Counted from the stretch's first letter, positions 50,468 to 60,932 are shown. The stretch is DNA of 64,000 bases from an uncultured delta proteobacterium (GCA_963696385.1 CAVOKF010000008.1:352001-416000), one strand, 5' to 3'. Notes: generated from the letters alone by a model not told the origin. Made by a program: numbers and translations.

Positions 50468-51940
50468 TCACTCGATGCCGAAGTACAGCAGCTGGCCGCC
50501 AATGCCGACCTGCAGCGCCAGGGCGATGGCGTTCGGATCTTGGCGCCCGCTCGAGCCGGATTGACCGGAGGCGGACGATGAGGACGACGACGCAGACCCA
50601 CCCGAGAGGTCGGCGATCGTCGGCGCCTGGCGAAAGTCGATGACCGCGTGAATGCGCACCCGAGTCTCTCTCTTGTATCCCTTCACGGCGCCGATCGCGT
50701 ACACGGAGAACACTTTGCTCTCGGTCGAAATGCTTTTGGCGAAATCGCTCTCGGATTGAAACTTGACCGGCTTCATTCCGAGCGTCGTCAACAGCGGGCC
50801 GAGCGTTCCCTGCCCCTTCATGGTGGAGATGAACTCGGCGGGTGAGCCGAACAGCGGTGCGCCCATCGTGATCGATTGGGCCATGAGGACTCCGGTAACG
50901 AAGAGCTGCATTTGCGCCGGATCGGTGCAGATGTCGGCCTGCGGCGCGCCCGAACAGACGACCGCGTAGAGCGTCAGCGGATTCGCCGTGTTCACGTTGA
51001 TCGTGCCCTGACCCCAAACCGTCATCTCGCGCTTGGTCGGATCGGCTGGACTGGGGTCGACGAACGTCGCCCAAAAATCGTCGCTGATCCCCCGCACCAT
51101 GTGCAGCTCCTCGAGCGAATCGTAGGGAGCGTTCTTGCGGCGGTAGGGCTTCGCCAGCAGTTGGTACCACGCGTCCTCGACCGCGTTGGACGATGGCGCG
51201 GCGGTCAGATCGCACGAGTAGAGCTGCTCGTCGGAGTCGGCCCAGTCGATGATGGCGGAGCAAATGGTGAGACGGTCGTTGTAGTTGCCCGTCGAGTCGC
51301 GCTGCGAAAATAGCGGATCGTATTGGATCGGCGCCATGCGCCCCATCAGTTGCCTGGCGAGGCGGAGATGGGCGATCTCGTTGGACGCGCCCATGTTGAC
51401 GTTGATCTTCGCGTCCTCGTCCACGATGAGGACCTCGAAGCGGCCTCCCACGAGACCCAGGTTCTTGCCTCCCGACAAATCCAGGCCCGACAGCCCCGTG
51501 AAATCCTTGCCCGACTCCTTGTCGTTGAAGGCGCCGAGGATGCGGTCGGCGTAGAGCCACACGGGCAGCTGCGGGACCGTCCTCTTCATGAGCGTGAAGA
51601 GAGGCGAGATGGCGCGGCGCATCGTCGGCTCGGCGGCGACGAGCAAGCGCGAGAGGTTGATGGCGCTGCGCGCGAAGTATTCGGCTTGAACGCCGTCGCG
51701 CACCGCCGTGGCGGCCGCGAACTCCGCGCTCGCGTCGTCTTGCAACTCGGCGAGCATCACGATCATGACCGCGATGGCGCCGAGGACCATGATGAGCGCG
51801 ACGCCCTGCTCGCGCCTTCTCTTGCGAGCCCGCCGGAGCGCCCCTGCCGACCCCCCTGCCGGTAGGTCGGAGAGCCCTCGGGACGGCGCAGCCGAACCGC
51901 CGCCTGCCTTCGGGGACGTCGCTTCCGAGTCCGGCGTCAT
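50468..51940 (-). CDS. gspK: Minor pseudopilin K
   Basis: QGVALIMVL, DEDAKINVN, AIIDWAD, SLEELHMVRG, INVNTA. Confidence 0.9.
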   Translation of the reverse strand: MTPDSEATSPKAGGGSAAPSRGLSDLPAGGSAGALRRARKRRREQGVALIMVLGAIAVMIVMLAELQDDASAEFAAATAVRDGVQAEYFARSAINLSRLLVAAEPTMRRAISPLFTLMKRTVPQLPVWLYADRILGAFNDKESGKDFTGLSGLDLSGGKNLGLVGGRFEVLIVDEDAKINVNMGASNEIAHLRLARQLMGRMAPIQYDPLFSQRDSTGNYNDRLTICSAIIDWADSDEQLYSCDLTAAPSSNAVEDAWYQLLAKPYRRKNAPYDSLEELHMVRGISDDFWATFVDPSPADPTKREMTVWGQGTINVNTANPLTLYAVVCSGAPQADICTDPAQMQLFVTGVLMAQSITMGAPLFGSPAEFISTMKGQGTLGPLLTTLGMKPVKFQSESDFAKSISTESKVFSVYAIGAVKGYKRETRVRIHAVIDFRQAPTIADLSGGSASSSSSSASGQSGSSGRQDPNAIALALQVGIGGQLLYFGIE

Positions 51941-52638
51941 TGGCGGGGGATCCCGAAGGACAAGGGCTGTTGAATGGGGACCATCACCTTGGTCGTGTAC
52001 GCGTACGGCCGGCCGTCGCCGACCCCCTTGAGCACGAGCCGAATGCTGACCTCGAACGGCACCCGGTTCGGCTGACCGCTGACTTGCATCGAGTCCCACG
52101 TGTCGACCCACTGCCCGGTGGCCGGCTCGAGGTAGCGAAGGTGAAACTCCGAAACGTCCTCGGCCACCACGTCGACGATTCCGCCCTTGAGCGGGTCGAT
52201 GTCGATCGGCGTCTGCTCGCGACGGACGAGGTCCATTTTTCCCGGGACGTCCGGATCGCCCACGACGAAATAGCCCACTTCCGCCTGATCGGACTCGTGC
52301 GAATCGCGTTCGGTACGGCGGTGCGCGAATGCCGTGAAGTCGACTCGGTCGAACGGAATGGAGCTGCGGCCCACGAACGCGGTCTTCGAAGTGATGAGCG
52401 CCTGGACCGCCGGCACGTGAAGCGACAGGTAGGCGGACGACAAATCGCGCACGATTCGTTGAAGGGCTTCGCGGCCCTCGTGCGCCCGGTCGGACCGCAT
52501 CCCTTCCGCCTTCTTGCCGCGCGACAGCGAATCGATCACGCCGTGAATCAAGACGGCGACCATCGCCAGAATGCCCATGGCGACGACCACTTCGATCATC
52601 GTCATCCCGCGCGAAGCGGCCTTCACGCGCGGCGTCAT
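51937..52638 (-). CDS. gspJ: Minor pseudopilin J
   Basis: RGMTMIEVVVA prepilin motif; RDLSSA, EVGYF, LVRRE, WVDTWD. Confidence 0.88.
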   Translation of the reverse strand: MTPRVKAASRGMTMIEVVVAMGILAMVAVLIHGVIDSLSRGKKAEGMRSDRAHEGREALQRIVRDLSSAYLSLHVPAVQALITSKTAFVGRSSIPFDRVDFTAFAHRRTERDSHESDQAEVGYFVVGDPDVPGKMDLVRREQTPIDIDPLKGGIVDVVAEDVSEFHLRYLEPATGQWVDTWDSMQVSGQPNRVPFEVSIRLVLKGVGDGRPYAYTTKVMVPIQQPLSFGIPRQ

Positions 52639-53453
52639 CAATGCCCCGCCGGGGTCAATACCGAGCTTGCGGCGTTCAAGGCCCCGCTCAACGCGGGCGC
52701 CGCCGAAACGACGTTCGGCGACGTGCCCCCGTCGCCGGACGCGCCCGCGTCGCCCATGGACGCGGCGAGCCCCGCGCGCGACGGATTCGTCACGTACTGG
52801 GTGAGCGTAAAATCGCGAGCGATCGCCCCTTCCTTCCACCGAACCACCACAGTGATCCGACGAATCGCCGCTTCGAGCACCGGCTTGAGCGACGGATAGA
52901 CAATCGAAAACACCATCGACAGGAGCCCCTGGGCCCCGGCGCCGCCGAACGACTGTTGCAGCGCGGAGCCGACGTTCTGGAGTCCGGTGCCGGCGTCGAA
53001 GTCCATCTGCGCGCCGCCCAGGGGATTGACGAGCACCGATCCGGTCTGACCCAGAGAACCCGTTACGCCGGGACCGCCGTCGGCATCGAGACCGAGCCCC
53101 CCGCCGAGCAGCGATCCGCCGCCGTCGCCTCCGAGTGTCGTGACCTCCGGAAGCTTGACGCGATCGACGTGCCACTCGCAGGAGAACGGGGGCACGTCCT
53201 TGTCCTCACAACAGATCGCGCTCGTGTCCTTCTCTTCGATCTCGGGAAACCCGAGTCTCAGCTGCTCTTCTTCGAGCTCGCTCATCCGACAGCGCCCGAG
53301 ATCCATGGCCTGGCTCATGTTCGCGGCGGTCTGATTGCCCGCGACCAGTCCCGCTTGAGCCGACAGAATGAACGTCACCACCGCGCCGAACAGGGCCACG
53401 GCGAAGAGCACCTCGAGCAGCGAGAATCCGGCGGACGGCAAGGAACGCAGCAT
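52638..53453 (-). CDS. gspI: Minor pseudopilin I
   Basis: AGFSLLEVLFA motif; IRRITVVVRWKEG. Confidence 0.85.
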   Translation of the reverse strand: MLRSLPSAGFSLLEVLFAVALFGAVVTFILSAQAGLVAGNQTAANMSQAMDLGRCRMSELEEEQLRLGFPEIEEKDTSAICCEDKDVPPFSCEWHVDRVKLPEVTTLGGDGGGSLLGGGLGLDADGGPGVTGSLGQTGSVLVNPLGGAQMDFDAGTGLQNVGSALQQSFGGAGAQGLLSMVFSIVYPSLKPVLEAAIRRITVVVRWKEGAIARDFTLTQYVTNPSRAGLAASMGDAGASGDGGTSPNVVSAAPALSGALNAASSVLTPAGH

Positions 53454-53456
53454 GGC

Positions 53457-54191
53457 TCAATATCCGTTGTCGACGCGATCGGATGCCGTCGTGTCGTCGG
53501 TCGGCATCTTGAGGTCCGCGGCGCCGCCCTTCACCGTCACTTTGCCGGTGAGCGGGGACACGAGCAGGGTGAGCACGGTCTCCGTCGCGCCGGTGCCGAT
53601 GCGCAGCTGGATGGACGCCCGCTCGGTCAGTCCACCCGCCCAAAAGTACAGATACGCTCGGCCCGATCGCCGCGGCTCGTCGTCGTGCGCCGTCTGGACG
53701 GCGCGGAAGGCCACGGCGCGCCCGAGACTCTTGCCCCCTTTGCCCGCCTCGACGTCTCCGAAGCCGTACGTGTCGATGGGATGAAACAGCGGTCGCGGCA
53801 CCGGCGGCCCCTTGAGCAGCCGGTCTCCGTCCTCGAGCGCGGCCTTCTCCGCCTCGGTGACCGGATCGGCACCGCCGGTTCCCGTCTTGTCCTTGACCTG
53901 CACGAGCATCGGAACGTCGGTCTCCTCGAGCCAGATTTTCTGATGGTCGAGGTCCATCACGAGCCGAAGTTCTCGCGAGGTCGCGGTCGCCCGGGTGTAG
54001 GCCACCTTGATGGCGCTCGTGATCATCGTCACCGAACCGCGCAGCCGCGCCGACGGCAGTTGCATCGAACCGGTGACGGCCATACCCGTCACCACCGCTA
54101 TGAGCGACAGGACTACGAGGATTTCGATGAGCGTGAGCCCGCGTCGCGAACGGCGCACCCAAATCCTTTCGACGGGCGTCGTGCGGGCCAC
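53457..54191 (-). CDS. gspH: Minor pseudopilin H (start approximate)
   Basis: RGLTLIEILVVL motif; YLYFWAGG...VSPLTGKV GspH/FimT-like C-terminus. Confidence 0.82.
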   Translation of the reverse strand: MARTTPVERIWVRRSRRGLTLIEILVVLSLIAVVTGMAVTGSMQLPSARLRGSVTMITSAIKVAYTRATATSRELRLVMDLDHQKIWLEETDVPMLVQVKDKTGTGGADPVTEAEKAALEDGDRLLKGPPVPRPLFHPIDTYGFGDVEAGKGGKSLGRAVAFRAVQTAHDDEPRRSGRAYLYFWAGGLTERASIQLRIGTGATETVLTLLVSPLTGKVTVKGGAADLKMPTDDTTASDRVDNGY

Positions 54192-54201
54192 GAGACTCGA
54201 C

Positions 54202-54669
54202 TCACTTCCCGCCCGTCGGCGTGTCCACTTGCGGAACGCGAATGTCGTCGTCGGTACCTTCCTTGCGATCCGGACCGGCGCTCGTGCACGTGATCTCGTC
54301 GGCATCGCAGGACAGCTTGTACGGGCTGCCCCACGGGTCCTTGAGATTGAACCCCGTATCGAGGTCCTTCTCCGTCTTGAGCTGCTCGACGGTCGGACAA
54401 TCCTCGCTCGGGTGCACGGCCTTCCATTGCATGGTCGCCTGACGAGCCGTGCTGCAGGCCGTCTTCCCGGCCGAGACGTTCGCCCTCTTCTGCGCCCCGA
54501 TGACGCCGATCGAAATCGCGGCGGTCAGCACGCCGATGAGGGTGATCGTAATGACGAGCTCGACCAGAGTGAGCCCCCGAGTCGCAGCCCGCAAGGCTGC
54601 ACGAGTGACCGGTTCGCGCTGGGTTTGCGGCCGCAGCTCGGCCGCACCGTTGCAAGGGACCTTGTGCAT
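54202..54669 (-). CDS. gspG: Major pseudopilin G
   Basis: GGAGG RBS; RGLTLVELVI; KDPWGSPY; SAGPDRKEGTDDDI. Confidence 0.88.
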   Translation of the reverse strand: MHKVPCNGAAELRPQTQREPVTRAALRAATRGLTLVELVITITLIGVLTAAISIGVIGAQKRANVSAGKTACSTARQATMQWKAVHPSEDCPTVEQLKTEKDLDTGFNLKDPWGSPYKLSCDADEITCTSAGPDRKEGTDDDIRVPQVDTPTGGK

Positions 54670-54728
54670 GATTCGCTCCTCCGATGAGCTCTTGTTCGTT
54701 GTTGTCGGCGCCACACGAGCGACCTTAA

Positions 54729-55139
54729 TCATTCGACTCGGTCGAGTCCTTCGGGCTGGCCGTCGGGACCGTCGCTCGAGACGTCGAAACCGCGCGGATC
54801 TCTGCGCCCGGGACAGGTAACGCGGATGGGCCGGCCCCACGCGTCGCGGGGCAACACCTTGAGGTACCCCGCCGCCACGACCTCCGCCAGCGAGGGTGGA
54901 CAGGCACGGTCGTGGTCCGCGCGCCAGGCGGCCACCGCATTGATCGCCGTGGTGATGGCGGCGCGCGTTGCCCGCACGTTCGACTCGTACCGCTCGAGCC
55001 GGCCGAGAAGCAGGAACACCGCGAGGCACCCCAAGACGATCAACGCTTGGCGCGCGCGAGCTCGGCCGAGCACCGAGCGCACGCCACGGCGCCTCTCCCA
55101 CGGAAAGAAGACGTTGCGCTGATCGCGCTGGATGGGCAT
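54729..55139 (-). CDS. GspG-like pseudopilin without a canonical prepilin cleavage motif
   Basis: RDAWGRP...VSSDGPDG GspG C-terminus; N-terminus FFPWERRRG plus TM, no G-F/L-x-x-x-E. Confidence 0.75.
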   Translation of the reverse strand: MPIQRDQRNVFFPWERRRGVRSVLGRARARQALIVLGCLAVFLLLGRLERYESNVRATRAAITTAINAVAAWRADHDRACPPSLAEVVAAGYLKVLPRDAWGRPIRVTCPGRRDPRGFDVSSDGPDGQPEGLDRVE

Positions 55140-55151
55140 GGGACAAGGCCT

Positions 55152-56555
55152 TCATTGCTGCACGAACTCGTTCATCTGGATGAGCGGCATCAAGATCGCA
55201 AAGGCGATGAAGCCCACACCACCGCCCATGACGACCATCATGAGCGGCTCGAGCAGGCTGGTGAGCGCTTGGACTCGCGTCTCGACCTGCGTGTCGTAGG
55301 CTCTCGCGACGTTCTCGAGCATTTGCTCGAGCTGTCCGCTCCGCTCGCCGACGGCGATCATGTGCGTGACGATGGGTGGAAAGTCGCCGCTGCGCTTGAG
55401 GGGGCCGGCGATCGACTCTCCCTCTCGGATGCTGCCGGTGGCCGTCTCGATGACCTTCTCGAGCTTGCCGTTGTCGAGCACGTTCTTGACGATCTCCATG
55501 GCCTTGAGAAGCGGCACGCCGCTCCGCAGAAGCGTCGACAGCGTTCGCGCGAAGCGCGACACGGCCAGCATGCGCACCAGCGAACCGAACACGGGAACGC
55601 GCAAGAGAAACGAGTCCTTCGAAAGACGCCCGGAGGGAGTCGCGACCCATGCCGTAAGCCACGCGATAGCCAGCCCCGCGATCACGCCGAACGCCACGCC
55701 CAAGGCGTAGAGGCCGAGGGAGTCGACGCTGAAGGCGCACATCACGAGCACCCCGGCCGCGAGGAACGCGACGACGACGAACAGAAGGTGCTTGACCCGA
55801 TCGCCAGGCTTGTATTCGCGCAGAGCCGATCGCGTGAGCGTAAATGTCACGAGAGACACGACGAATCCGAGCATTTCGTTCGATCCGATGAAATGCGACG
55901 TGCCGATGAGCAGCTGCGTGTACCAGGGCAGCGCTCGGTCCATGCTCTCGAAGATCGACGTCACTTTGGGCACGACGACGATCATCATGACGGTGACGAG
56001 CACCGATCCGATGACGAGCATGAGCGCCGGGTACGCGAGCGCCGCCCCGACCTTGCCGCGCAACTTCGATTGCGACTCGAGAAAGTCGGCGAGCCGTTCG
56101 AGCACCCCCTCGAGGGTACCGGAGGCTTCGCCCGCGGCGACCATGCTCACGTACAACTTGGAGAAGACGTGAGGATAGGGTTCCAACGCTTTTGCGAGCG
56201 AGCTGCCCTCGTTGAGCCGATCGACGATTTGGGTCAAAACGCGCTTGAGCTCGAGCTTCTCCATCTGCTCGATGAGGGCCCCCACGGCTTCGACCAGAGG
56301 GATGCCCGCGGCCACGAGCGTCGCGAGCTGACGCGTCATCATCGAAACGTCGTCGACGCTCACACGACGGACGAACAGGCTGGCCGGCGCGGCCCGATCG
56401 CCCGCGCGGGCCTTGTGCTCCTCGCGTGCGCTCGTCAGCAGAACACCCTCGCGCTTGAGCACGGCGCGCAGCGACTTGGCGTTGTCCGCGTCGCGCACGC
56501 CGTGAGCGTTCTTGCCGGTCGACGCGAAAATCCCCCTGTACTCGAAGACTGCCAT
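55152..56555 (-). CDS. gspF: Type II secretion inner-membrane platform protein F
   Basis: TRQLATLVAAGIPL, AGEASGTL, ALAYP, GERSGQL, LLEP. Confidence 0.93.
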   Translation of the reverse strand: MAVFEYRGIFASTGKNAHGVRDADNAKSLRAVLKREGVLLTSAREEHKARAGDRAAPASLFVRRVSVDDVSMMTRQLATLVAAGIPLVEAVGALIEQMEKLELKRVLTQIVDRLNEGSSLAKALEPYPHVFSKLYVSMVAAGEASGTLEGVLERLADFLESQSKLRGKVGAALAYPALMLVIGSVLVTVMMIVVVPKVTSIFESMDRALPWYTQLLIGTSHFIGSNEMLGFVVSLVTFTLTRSALREYKPGDRVKHLLFVVVAFLAAGVLVMCAFSVDSLGLYALGVAFGVIAGLAIAWLTAWVATPSGRLSKDSFLLRVPVFGSLVRMLAVSRFARTLSTLLRSGVPLLKAMEIVKNVLDNGKLEKVIETATGSIREGESIAGPLKRSGDFPPIVTHMIAVGERSGQLEQMLENVARAYDTQVETRVQALTSLLEPLMMVVMGGGVGFIAFAILMPLIQMNEFVQQ

Positions 56556-56588
56556 GGCCTTTTCGCTCCGGGATCGTTGCCGCCGGCG

Positions 56589-58424
56589 TCAGGCCCCGAC
56601 GGCGACAGCCTCGCGATGGGTGGGCGGCGGCGCCGCCGCCTCCGATTCCACATCCTCCTGGGTTGCCGCGAGGACCTCTTCGACGCTCGTCATGCCTGCG
56701 ATGACTTTGCGCGCGCCGTCGTCTCGCAAGCTGTCCATGCCCATCTCCCAGGCCACGCGCTTGATCGTTTGCGCGTCCGACTTGCGCAGGATGAGCGGAC
56801 CGACGGCGTCGTCGATGAGCAGCAGCTCATAGATGCCCCGGCGGCCGCTGAACCCCGTGTTCGCGCATCGATCACACCCCGGAGCCTTGAAAAACGTCGG
56901 ACGCCTGTCCGGGTCGAACGTCTCGAGCGGATCGGGCTCCGAGAGCGTGCGCGGGAAGTAGCGGGATGCCGGGTTCGAACGCCGCGCAACCCGCGCTCGA
57001 CAGCGATCGGCCGTCAGGCTGAGCTCCTCGAGTTCGGACTCCTCGGCGGGATAAGGGTACTTGCAATGAGCGCACAGCACGCGCACGAGCCGCTGCGCTA
57101 AAATGCCAATCACGCTCGAGCGAAGGAGAAACGGCTCGGCCCCCATGTCGATCGTGCGCGTGATGGCGCCGGCCGCATCGTTCGTGTGTATGGTCGACAG
57201 GACGAGGTGGCCCGTGAGCGAGGCGTTGATCGCGATCTCGAGCGTCTCGCTGTCGCGGATCTCGCCCACCATGACGATGTCCGGGTCTTGACGGAGGAAG
57301 GCGCGAAGCGCACTGGCGAACGTCAGCCCGATCTTGGGCTGGACGTGGACCTGGTGGATCCCCTGAATCTCGTATTCGACCGGATCCTCGGCCGTCAAGA
57401 TGTTCAAGTTGGGCTGATTGATCCGATTGATGCAAGCATACAGGGTCGTCGTCTTTCCGCTGCCGGTCGGGCCCGTGACGAGAATGATCCCGTCGGGTCG
57501 GCGGATCAGCCCGTCCATCAGCGCGTACTCGCGCGGGCTGAACCCGAGGTCGGGCAGATCGAGAAGAACGCTCGACTTGTTCAAGAGGCGCATCACGATG
57601 CGCTCGTAGCCTCGGCTCGTGGGTATGGTGCTCACGCGGATGTCGAAGCTCTTGCCGGCGATCTTCTTGGCGATGCGTCCGTCCTGCGGGAGCCGTTTTT
57701 CCGCGATGTTCAGCGAGCTCTCGATCTTGAGGCGGCTGATGATGCTGTTCATGAAGGCGCGCGGCGCGCGGCGCGCCACATAGAGCTCGCCGTCAATCCG
57801 ATAGCGGACGATGACCTCTTTTTCTTCCGGCTCGATGTGGATATCGCTCGCGCGCTCCTTCATCGCCTGCAAGAAGAGCGAATTGACCCAACGAATGACG
57901 GGCGCTTCGTCGTCGGAGTCGAGAATGTCGCTCGCGGCCTCCTCGTCGACGCTCGACTCGTCACTCTCGAGCTGCTCCTCGCCGGCCTGCTTCTCGTAGA
58001 CGCGGTTGATCGCGTCCTCGATCCGCTCCCTGCCACCGACGAACGCTTCGGTCGGCTTGCCGAAAATGACCCGGATGTCGTCGAGCGCCTGGGTGTCGAA
58101 CGGGTCGCAACAGACGACGTAGACCGCCGCATCGTCCTCGCGCAAGACGAGCACCTTGTGCGCTTTGGCGAACGCGATCGGAACGCGCGTCGCCACCGCA
58201 GTGGAAATCGTCGCCGGATCGATCCGTTCGATCAGCGGCAGTTGGGCCTCCTCGCCGAGCACCCGCGCCAGGGCCATCTCGTCGACCCCTCCCGCGTTCA
58301 CGAGCAAATCGAGCAGATCGGTGCCACGCTCGCGCTGAACGGCCCACAATCCCTCGAGCTTGTCGGCGGCGATGACGCCCCGACGCGCGAGCAAATCGCC
58401 CAGGAAGCGTTCCTCGGCAGCCAT
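56589..58424 (-). CDS. gspE: Type II secretion ATPase E
   Basis: ASDIHIEP, RLPQDG, GPTGSGKTTTLY, EDPVEY, RQDPD, TGHLVLSTIHTN, CxxC...CxxC. Confidence 0.96.
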   Translation of the reverse strand: MAAEERFLGDLLARRGVIAADKLEGLWAVQRERGTDLLDLLVNAGGVDEMALARVLGEEAQLPLIERIDPATISTAVATRVPIAFAKAHKVLVLREDDAAVYVVCCDPFDTQALDDIRVIFGKPTEAFVGGRERIEDAINRVYEKQAGEEQLESDESSVDEEAASDILDSDDEAPVIRWVNSLFLQAMKERASDIHIEPEEKEVIVRYRIDGELYVARRAPRAFMNSIISRLKIESSLNIAEKRLPQDGRIAKKIAGKSFDIRVSTIPTSRGYERIVMRLLNKSSVLLDLPDLGFSPREYALMDGLIRRPDGIILVTGPTGSGKTTTLYACINRINQPNLNILTAEDPVEYEIQGIHQVHVQPKIGLTFASALRAFLRQDPDIVMVGEIRDSETLEIAINASLTGHLVLSTIHTNDAAGAITRTIDMGAEPFLLRSSVIGILAQRLVRVLCAHCKYPYPAEESELEELSLTADRCRARVARRSNPASRYFPRTLSEPDPLETFDPDRRPTFFKAPGCDRCANTGFSGRRGIYELLLIDDAVGPLILRKSDAQTIKRVAWEMGMDSLRDDGARKVIAGMTSVEEVLAATQEDVESEAAAPPPTHREAVAVGA

Positions 58425-58427
58425 CGC

Positions 58428-60914
58428 CTACTTCTCGATCCTTTCGACGCCGCGGTGCAGCGGAGCCACGTTGATCGTAGGCGGGGCGGGCGGTGCCGGA
58501 GCCGCGGTCGATGCCGCCCCGATCGGCGGGGCCGCCGCCGCCCCGCCCGTCGCGTCCGGCCCGTTGACCGGCGCCGGTAGCTCGATCGGCTGACTCGGCT
58601 CGTGCGTCAGCACGTCGCGCGGGCGCGTCAGTTCGTCGAGCCGGCGTTGCTCGTCCGCGGTCGCGTACGACTGCCGGATGTCCTCGAGCAGCCCGTTGGT
58701 CCGCGAATAGTCCTTGGGCGCCTGATATTCGTTCTTTTCGGCAAATACGAAATAGTGATCCAGAAATTCTTGCCGTTCCTGCATCTTGCGCTCGAACACC
58801 GTGCGAAGATCGGATTGTTCGCGAATGATGTAAGGGGTCAGCACCAGGATCAAATTCGACTTCTGCATCGACGAGCTGCTCGACCGGAAGAACGCGCCGA
58901 GAACCGGGATATCGCCCAAAAGGGGAATCTTGGTCTGCGTAATCGCGACGCGATTGCGCACCAAGCCGCCGATGACGACCGTCTCCTGGTCTTTGACGAC
59001 CAGCTGGGTCTGCGCGGTACGCTTCGAAAACGGGACGGCGCCGAGAGAGCCGACCGGCGACAGGCCGGTGACGTCGCTGATCTCCTCGGTCACCTCGAGC
59101 CGGACTTCGTCGGAATCGTTCAGATGCGGGACGATCTTTATTTTGGTTCCGATGTCCTGGCGCGGGGCCGTTCCGAAGCCCTGGCCGAGCGCGCCGAGCG
59201 CACCCAAAGGACTCGCGCCGGCCGCGGTGGGCAGCGACCCAATCCCGCCGACGTTCGTCTGCAGCGGGATGTTCTGGCCGACGCTGATCTCGGCGGGGAT
59301 GTTGTCGGTCGCCAGGATATGAGGCGTCGAAAGAATGTCCGCGTCGTTGGTCTGCTCCATGGCATTGAGCAGAATGCCGAACGCCGGAATGGTAATTCCC
59401 GTGCCCAGGAAGTTTTCGCTTCCGGGCAGCCCAGGGCCGCGTATGCCGAGCGCGAAGGCGTTCAACGACGAGTCGGTCGGGCTCGGGAGCGAGATCGATC
59501 GGAACGGATTGAGACCGCCGTACAGGAGCGTCTGACCCGCGCTCGATGGCCCATTGGCGATATCGCCACCGTGGAAGGAGACGCCCAGCTGACTTTCGCG
59601 ATCGATGGTGAGATCCATGATCACCGCCTCGATGAACACCTGACGGCGCGGCTGATCGAGCTGGTCGATGACGGTGCGCAGATTGGCGAAGTCGCGCAGG
59701 CTCGACGTCACCACGATCGAATTGGTGGCCTTGTCTGCGCTGACCTTCACGCCCGATTCGAAGATCGTCAGCGGCGTGCCATGGCCCGCCGCTTGCCCGG
59801 CGGTCCCTGCGGCCGCGACGGCGCCGGTCACGATCTCGGTGAGCGTCTTGGCGAGTTCGACGGCGTCGGCGTGCTGCAGCGCGAGGACATGGATCTCGCC
59901 CTCTCCGCTATGCGGGACGTCGAGCCGCTTGATGAACTCGAGAATTCTCAAATAGCCGCGTTCGGTGCCGATCACGACGACGGAATTGCTGCGATCGTCG
60001 GCGAGGACCTTGGTGACGTGCACGTCGCCGGCGAGCGTCGTCGGCGGACCGGCTCCCGGCTTGCCCCCGGGCGCGGCCCCTTTGAGGTCGAAGACCTCGT
60101 TCAGCCTGGCCGCGATGTCGGTCGCGACGCCATAATGGATGGGTTCGATCCAGATTTGGTCGCCCACTCCGCCGACGTCGACGTCCTCGAGAATGCGCAT
60201 CATGCGCTGAATGTTTGCGCCGGTGTCGGTAATGATGAGCAGGTTGCCCGGCGCGTACACGGTAATGTCGCCGTCCTTCGACTTGAAATGTCCGAGGACG
60301 TTCGCGATCTCCTCGGCGCTCGCGTTGCGGAGCCGATGAATGCGCGTGATGTACCGGTCTTCGCCCGTGGCCGCTTGCCCCGCCACGTAGACCGGAACGC
60401 CCATCTTCGCGTCGGGCGAATCGATGATCTTGTAGAAGCGCCCGTGCGGCACGACCGTCAGGCCGTTGGCCTCGAGGATCGAGAGGAACGCTTGATAGGC
60501 TTCCGCGACCGTCACCTTCTGCGGCGAAAAGACCGTGGCCTTGAGGTTGTGGACCTTGCCGCCGAAAATGAAGCGCTTGCCCGTCAGTTCGCCGATGACG
60601 CGAACGAGCTCCGGCAGGTCCGCATCTTCGAGCGAGAAGGAAACCTTTTCGGCACCCCCGCGTGGCGTGTACTCGACCCCGGGCTCGAACTGTTGAAGTC
60701 CTTGGGTGTCTCCGGCGGCACGGGGGGAGCCCGGCGGCGATTCGGCGCCGGGGTTCTGCGCCGGATTGGCAGCGCCCGGCGGACCGGGCGCCGGCGCCGG
60801 AGGAGTCACGGGACGGCCATTGGGGCGAGGCTGGGGCTGGGCCGCGGCTTCGCCGGCCTGACCCACGATGGCGGCGCTGCAAAAAACGAGGCGGCAAAGG
60901 GTCTTCGATCGCAT
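58428..60914 (-). CDS. gspD: Type II secretion secretin D
   Basis: N0-N3 domains, QVFIEAVI, ILSTPHI, VVIGGL, KIPLLGDIPVLGAFF. Confidence 0.95.
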   Translation of the reverse strand: MRSKTLCRLVFCSAAIVGQAGEAAAQPQPRPNGRPVTPPAPAPGPPGAANPAQNPGAESPPGSPRAAGDTQGLQQFEPGVEYTPRGGAEKVSFSLEDADLPELVRVIGELTGKRFIFGGKVHNLKATVFSPQKVTVAEAYQAFLSILEANGLTVVPHGRFYKIIDSPDAKMGVPVYVAGQAATGEDRYITRIHRLRNASAEEIANVLGHFKSKDGDITVYAPGNLLIITDTGANIQRMMRILEDVDVGGVGDQIWIEPIHYGVATDIAARLNEVFDLKGAAPGGKPGAGPPTTLAGDVHVTKVLADDRSNSVVVIGTERGYLRILEFIKRLDVPHSGEGEIHVLALQHADAVELAKTLTEIVTGAVAAAGTAGQAAGHGTPLTIFESGVKVSADKATNSIVVTSSLRDFANLRTVIDQLDQPRRQVFIEAVIMDLTIDRESQLGVSFHGGDIANGPSSAGQTLLYGGLNPFRSISLPSPTDSSLNAFALGIRGPGLPGSENFLGTGITIPAFGILLNAMEQTNDADILSTPHILATDNIPAEISVGQNIPLQTNVGGIGSLPTAAGASPLGALGALGQGFGTAPRQDIGTKIKIVPHLNDSDEVRLEVTEEISDVTGLSPVGSLGAVPFSKRTAQTQLVVKDQETVVIGGLVRNRVAITQTKIPLLGDIPVLGAFFRSSSSSMQKSNLILVLTPYIIREQSDLRTVFERKMQERQEFLDHYFVFAEKNEYQAPKDYSRTNGLLEDIRQSYATADEQRRLDELTRPRDVLTHEPSQPIELPAPVNGPDATGGAAAAPPIGAASTAAPAPPAPPTINVAPLHRGVERIEK

Positions 60915-60932
60915 CGGGGACTCGGAAGGTCG

